Shown: positions 59,406 through 64,000 of the stretch, piece after piece
Numbering within the stretch: position 1 is the first letter of the stretch
How the letters are laid out: every line of letters starts with the position of its first letter
NCBI GenBank assembly: GCA_965649825.1
Contig: OZ287694.1
Coordinates: 1,611,197-1,675,196, forward strand
Direction: 5' to 3'
Source of the DNA: Penicillus capitatus
Taxonomy: Eukaryota; Plantae; Chlorophyta
DNA length: 64,000 bases
The notes under the pieces: generated by a model
What the model saw: only the letters and a program-made list of their open reading frames with translations
Told to the model about the DNA's origin: nothing
Databases searched by the model: none
Translations under genes and position numbers: made by a program

Positions 59406-60812
59406 ACGTGAAGTCCATTTCTCAAGGAAGCTGCCCTGACCGTGCGTTCGCCGGAACAGTACCCTCCATGTCGGTCAATCGATTGCCGCCTGAGGTGCAG
59501 CACGAAACGAAGACTGGGAAATGAAACGAGGGCCGCTTACCGCGAATGCCGATAACGTGCGCTCAACCGCTGTTTCTACATCGTTGCTTTGCCTCTGCAT
59601 CAAGTACATTAGCGATGTACTGCTGAACGAAGTATCCTTCAAGCCATCGCTACCTCGACTGGCGCAAGACACACGTCACTCTCTCGCAGAGAAGCGCTCG
59701 GCCGGAGTCAAGAAGTCATTCACTTGCCTAGGCTTCATCGCAGGCTGGGTGCTCAGAGAAAAGAAAATGGGTCTTGCATAACGTTAAAGCTAAGGACGGG
59801 TGCCTCTGGGTCGATTCTGTGTTTTGCTGGAGGCTGCTTTACGCGTTCAGTTGGAGAAAGAAGCCTCACACACGTGCGAGATGATCTATTGTCCCGAATA
59901 GGTGCAAGAAGAGACCGGACAGCAGAATCGATGTAGGAAAGCATCATCAGTGTACGTACGACCCTTCAGCGTGATCGATAATGAATCCGTTAATGGATAC
60001 TGAGTTTTTACACGTTTGTTGCATGACTGATGACGAGCAGTTCTGTCATCAAATCTACAGAGGTAAACTCCATTGCACTGTGTGGGGGAGGAATCGTATG
60101 CCGGTTGCTCCATACTCGTAACCAAGCATCGGACTCGTGAAGAAACTCACCGGAAGCCTAAACTGAGAGCCGGAAGGTGTGACTCGCAAAAGGGGCTAAC
60201 TTCTGGATCAGGTGTTAAAGCAGTCAGTCGTCTGACTTGACCGCGTTCGTCAATGAAGCAAAGAGATGCTTCGTTAGAATCCTGGGTGATAGGCAATCCT
60301 TCCGTTTTCTGCTCGTGACCATCGATGAGCTAGGAGTGGTGAGAGTGAAGCTGCGCGAGACGATTAGATCAGCTGAGGTATCTGATAGACGTATTCAACG
60401 AGAGTGTCAGACACGTTCAGAATGAGAACCCGTGTACGTTTAGGAAAGCAGCGAACGCATCGGGCACGGCTCGGTGTCACACGGTCGACTCTAAAAGAAA
60501 TTCCTTGCCTTCGCAAACCGTACAAAGTTTTTGTCGCTGTGCAAGATGACACATACTTGTTTGTTTGTTCTCTTTGAGCACATCGACCTTTGTCACCAGC
60601 ACTGCGCACGACCTTAATTCTTTTAATTCAGCATCTTTCGATCAATGTGCAGGAGTCGCAGAAACCGGTCCAGAGTTCGTTAAGATAATATGTCCTCCAC
60701 GTGGACGCACACGCTAAATCTAAGAACCTTGACGCGTGCCATCATCCCCTGTTGCTGCGTCCCAAGGTTTGCGACGCGAACTGAAGACATCTGGACAGCT
60801 GTTTACGCCGAG

Positions 60813-61946
60813 GCGCAGATGCCGGTTTCTCCCCTTCGGTGTCGCATTCTCTTTCTCGGCGTTTTGTCGTCGGTCGATTCGGATGAGACATCGGAAGACG
60901 CCGAAACGAAAGCGGCGGCCGTCAAACCTTCAAAGGTAAGCAGTCTTTTGTGATGTGACAGATGGAGACAGAGACACGATGCGCTGACCGTCAACCACAC
61001 GACAGCTTCATTACGACGACGTACAGAAAAGACATCTCTTAGACCTGACCAAAGCCATGGACTGTTTGTAGACCCCTTTCCGGCGTGCAACCTCGCACCG
61101 TCCATCGTCACTCTGCGACAACGATTGGCATCGTTTGCGGATAGACGGTCGCCCTTTGGCGTCATTCGCGGCACGTCAACAACTGTGATGCAGACATCGT
61201 TGGCGATGAATACGTGGAAGCTGCGCGAGATTGGCACGAGCGTTTGGCCTCGGGCTCGTTTCGTATTTTCCTTCTTCGCTCTCTGCTTCGTTCTTTCGTC
61301 AATGCGCGTCGGTCAACGTTCGATTTCTGACAACGTCTTTCCTGTCGTCTTAGGGGATTCGACGTCGAGGAGAGAAGTTGGCGGCGAGGGTTTTCGGATG
61401 TTGATATTGATCTCAGAACGCATCTATCTCTTTGCGCCTTTATGGCAACCGTTCGCGATTTCTGTCGTCACAGTTGGACGCGCAGTGGAGGCAGATGATG
61501 AGACGCAGAAAAGAGAGACGCACGATTTGCACTGCTGTTGGCAAGATTCGTTTCAGGATGCAGCTCAAGTGAAAACAGCAGTCTCTGACACGTGCGCAAT
61601 ATCTATATCGGCAGTTGCAGCAAAGAAGGCGGCTAGTACTTTGTCACGTACCATTAGCGACAGACACTCTTTGCACGAGTCTGGGGCAAACGACCTCCAT
61701 TTTCGAGTTCTGTGCGGCACAGTGGTGGCATCAGTTGGTTTGAAGGAGCCGTGAACATCGTTGATGGTGGTCGGCGTTGGGAATCGGGTGGGATTCTTGG
61801 CTGGACCATTGCGATTTACGTTTCGCGTTGATGACACACCAGGACACACTTTGTCCTTTGTCTCATGTCCACGTTCTTTTGAAGACGGAGCCGAGGCGCG
61901 CTGGACTGTTGTGGAGAAATCTGAGGAAAGCGCAGAACTTCGGTAA
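60813..61946 (+). other. Possible unannotated or degenerate gene
   Basis: Strong donor AAG|gtaag at about 60935 after an open exon, with protein-like open stretches downstream. No coherent model was built. Confidence 0.15.
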
Positions 61947-62952
61947 AGGGACACATCACTAACAAGCACTTCCTATGATAACACATTTGATTCTCTTCAA
62001 CTTGCAAGTATTAGGTAAGCCACGAACAAACAAACGTCTTTCGTTTGCGCGAGCTCGAGGCCAAATACGCAGCAAGGCTGGCGAGATACGGTCGCCCGCA
62101 AGGGATACCTGCTCTCTCATTACGAAGCATCTGTTTTCAGATGCAGTGCACAGGAAAGAAGATAGGAGAGCCTTTCGAACACTACCCTTCGGAAAACCCC
62201 AAAGAAGCTATTAACCTTCGAAACCAAAATCCCAGAAGCATCTAACAGAAATGTCATACCAACGACCTTGGCTGTGCTCGCTTATTCTAAGACGATTGTA
62301 CTTAGAAAAGATTCTGTTTTGTAGCAACTGAGTATTCTGCTGCCAATCTTTGCTCTCTGTGTTGCACGATGCCGTTCTTCTTTTGTGTCAGACGACAGAA
62401 AGAACTCTGCAGAGACTGGCTTGCTCATATGTTTTGTCCGATAACGTGCTTTCTATAACCTTCACTAGAAGAGAAGAGGAGTCTGTCTCAATCGGATTTG
62501 GTGGCCATAGTCTGGGAAGCGGTCGATTTCAAACGAGAGATAATGACAACTCAACGAATCTATTCTTGTTGAGGATATCGAATTGTAGCCGCACCCTCAT
62601 GACGTCACCATTATCGAAATAAAAACCCAGATTCCAGCTCTAGTTAGCATCAGACACTTTGTCCTATGCTTTCCATACCAAAAGATTGGCGAAGTGCAAG
62701 AGAGAAGTCGCAAGCCACTGAGAGAGAATAAAGAAACCCAGTAGCAAACTTTATCTCCTCATCTCCCATTTCTTCAAGGAAAGAGATATGATCAACGTAT
62801 GCAGACATTCAATGAGTGCGCGATGGTTGTCGTGACTCAGTCTCCATTTTTCTAAAGACGGCTTGACAAAAATATCTTGTTATTTTATTAGTCTTGTTCT
62901 GTGCGATCTTCAACCGTTCCTTCCGCGATGCGATCTACTCTGTTCTGTCTCC

Positions 62953-64000
62953 TCAGTGCGTTTTTTGTATCTGCTGCAAGTGATCATCGATCCTTGCGAT
63001 CATGTCACGCATCGATTCGAACTGCCGATTGAAATTCTCGGTACACTGTTGCATCTCTCTCTGCATCATTCTCTCAAATACAAGCAGCTTTCTGGTCTTC
63101 CGTTCTGGAACCTGTTCAACTGTCTGGCTTACAGGAACTAAATAGTGAAAGAAATTCTGTCGATTTTGAGCACCCAGATGAAATCGGCCAAAGTAGCTCT
63201 GGCTTGCCTTGAGTGAGTGCCTTGGCCTATTCTCCGTAATTCTGCCATGACAGAGTTTCCTACACAGGATGGTTGGCTAAGACCTCTGGTCGTCAGTTCA
63301 TTTCTGTGATCACTCACCAAATGATGCGCTGTAGAGCAATGGGGATCCTGAGGGTACACAGAGTGGCTCCTCCCATCTTTGCCCGACATTTCATCAGCTC
63401 CTCCCTCTGAGTGAATCGGACGCTGGTGTATGTGTCGCTCAGGATGGCGATCAGCAGGCTGAGCATCACAATCCCGCCAGCGAAGATGAAGCCGTTGAAC
63501 AGGAGTGATCTCCACACGCCAATGAATGTATGCGTTGATCGAAAAGCCTAAATACACACTGTCATGTGAGTCGGAAATTGACTGCCCAAGGGATGGCACC
63601 TTCTCTTCGAAGTTGCCGGCGGCTGCCTGGAAGAGGATCTTCAGGACATGAAAGAATGAGCTGAGGTCTCCATAGTCGTCATCGTCTCCGCGACATCTTG
63701 TCCTAGCATGCCCCGTAAGCATCTCGTCTGGTTCTGGTGCTACGCCATCGCTGTTGGTATCGTCATAGAACTTCACATTGAAGAGGATTCGAAACGAGAA
63801 AGCGAATCCGATGAGGATAGATGCGAGCAGGGCACAGAAAGGGATGATGGCCCTGAACGAGTAGATGACCACCGAGACGAAGTGTCCGATTCTGTCGAAG
63901 GGACGAAGAGCCTCGACGATCTGTACGAACATGCACATACAGAAAGCGGTATCAGTCACGAATGCACGAGGGATGGGAGATGGGTTACCAGGATCCAGCA
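62953..64000 (-). CDS. TRP-like channel (TRP-10), 3' half; continues beyond the window
   Basis: S4-S5, S5, pore KILFQAAAGNFEEK, S6 MLSLLIAILSDTYTSV, FFHYLVPV and coiled coil ending QKTH*. Closest paralogue is TRP-7. Confidence 0.88.

Noticed and set aside
1-64000. Prokaryotic or phage origin; CRISPR, rRNA, tRNA
   Set aside because: Genes are split by spliceosomal introns and include eukaryote-specific families. No repeat-spacer array or RNA-gene signature was seen.
1-64000. TAA/TAG reassigned to Gln as in some ulvophytes (most genes here end in TGA)
   Set aside because: Long exons of 300-470 codons have no in-frame TAA/TAG, CAA/CAG are used normally, and the MFS gene ends sensibly at TAG.

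Overview
Compact eukaryotic nuclear DNA with many 44-60 nt spliceosomal introns and the standard genetic code. An Alfin-like PHD gene and a green-lineage conserved protein point to a green alga (inference). The window is dominated by a gene-family cluster: at least 10 copies of a TRP-like six-transmembrane cation-channel gene plus a pore-less pseudogene, and three serpins with different reactive-centre loops. The channels carry degenerate ankyrin-like repeats, an unusual conserved linker domain, a G-N/S-F-x pore filter, a TRP-type S6 and a YFHYLVP/coiled-coil tail. Also present are an intronless MFS transporter and a tightly packed housekeeping block (Ap4A phosphorylase-like, CDKAL1, DHX57/YLR419W-like RWD helicase, SURF6, Alfin-like) in which several genes are decayed. 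The most striking signals are an apparent N-terminus/channel chimera among the TRP paralogues, focused divergence of the pore turret between near-identical copies, turret frame breaks that are repaired by paralogue-specific candidate introns, and five GC-AG introns. Gene models were spliced by eye, so terminal exons are approximate. No CRISPR array, rRNA or tRNA was seen.
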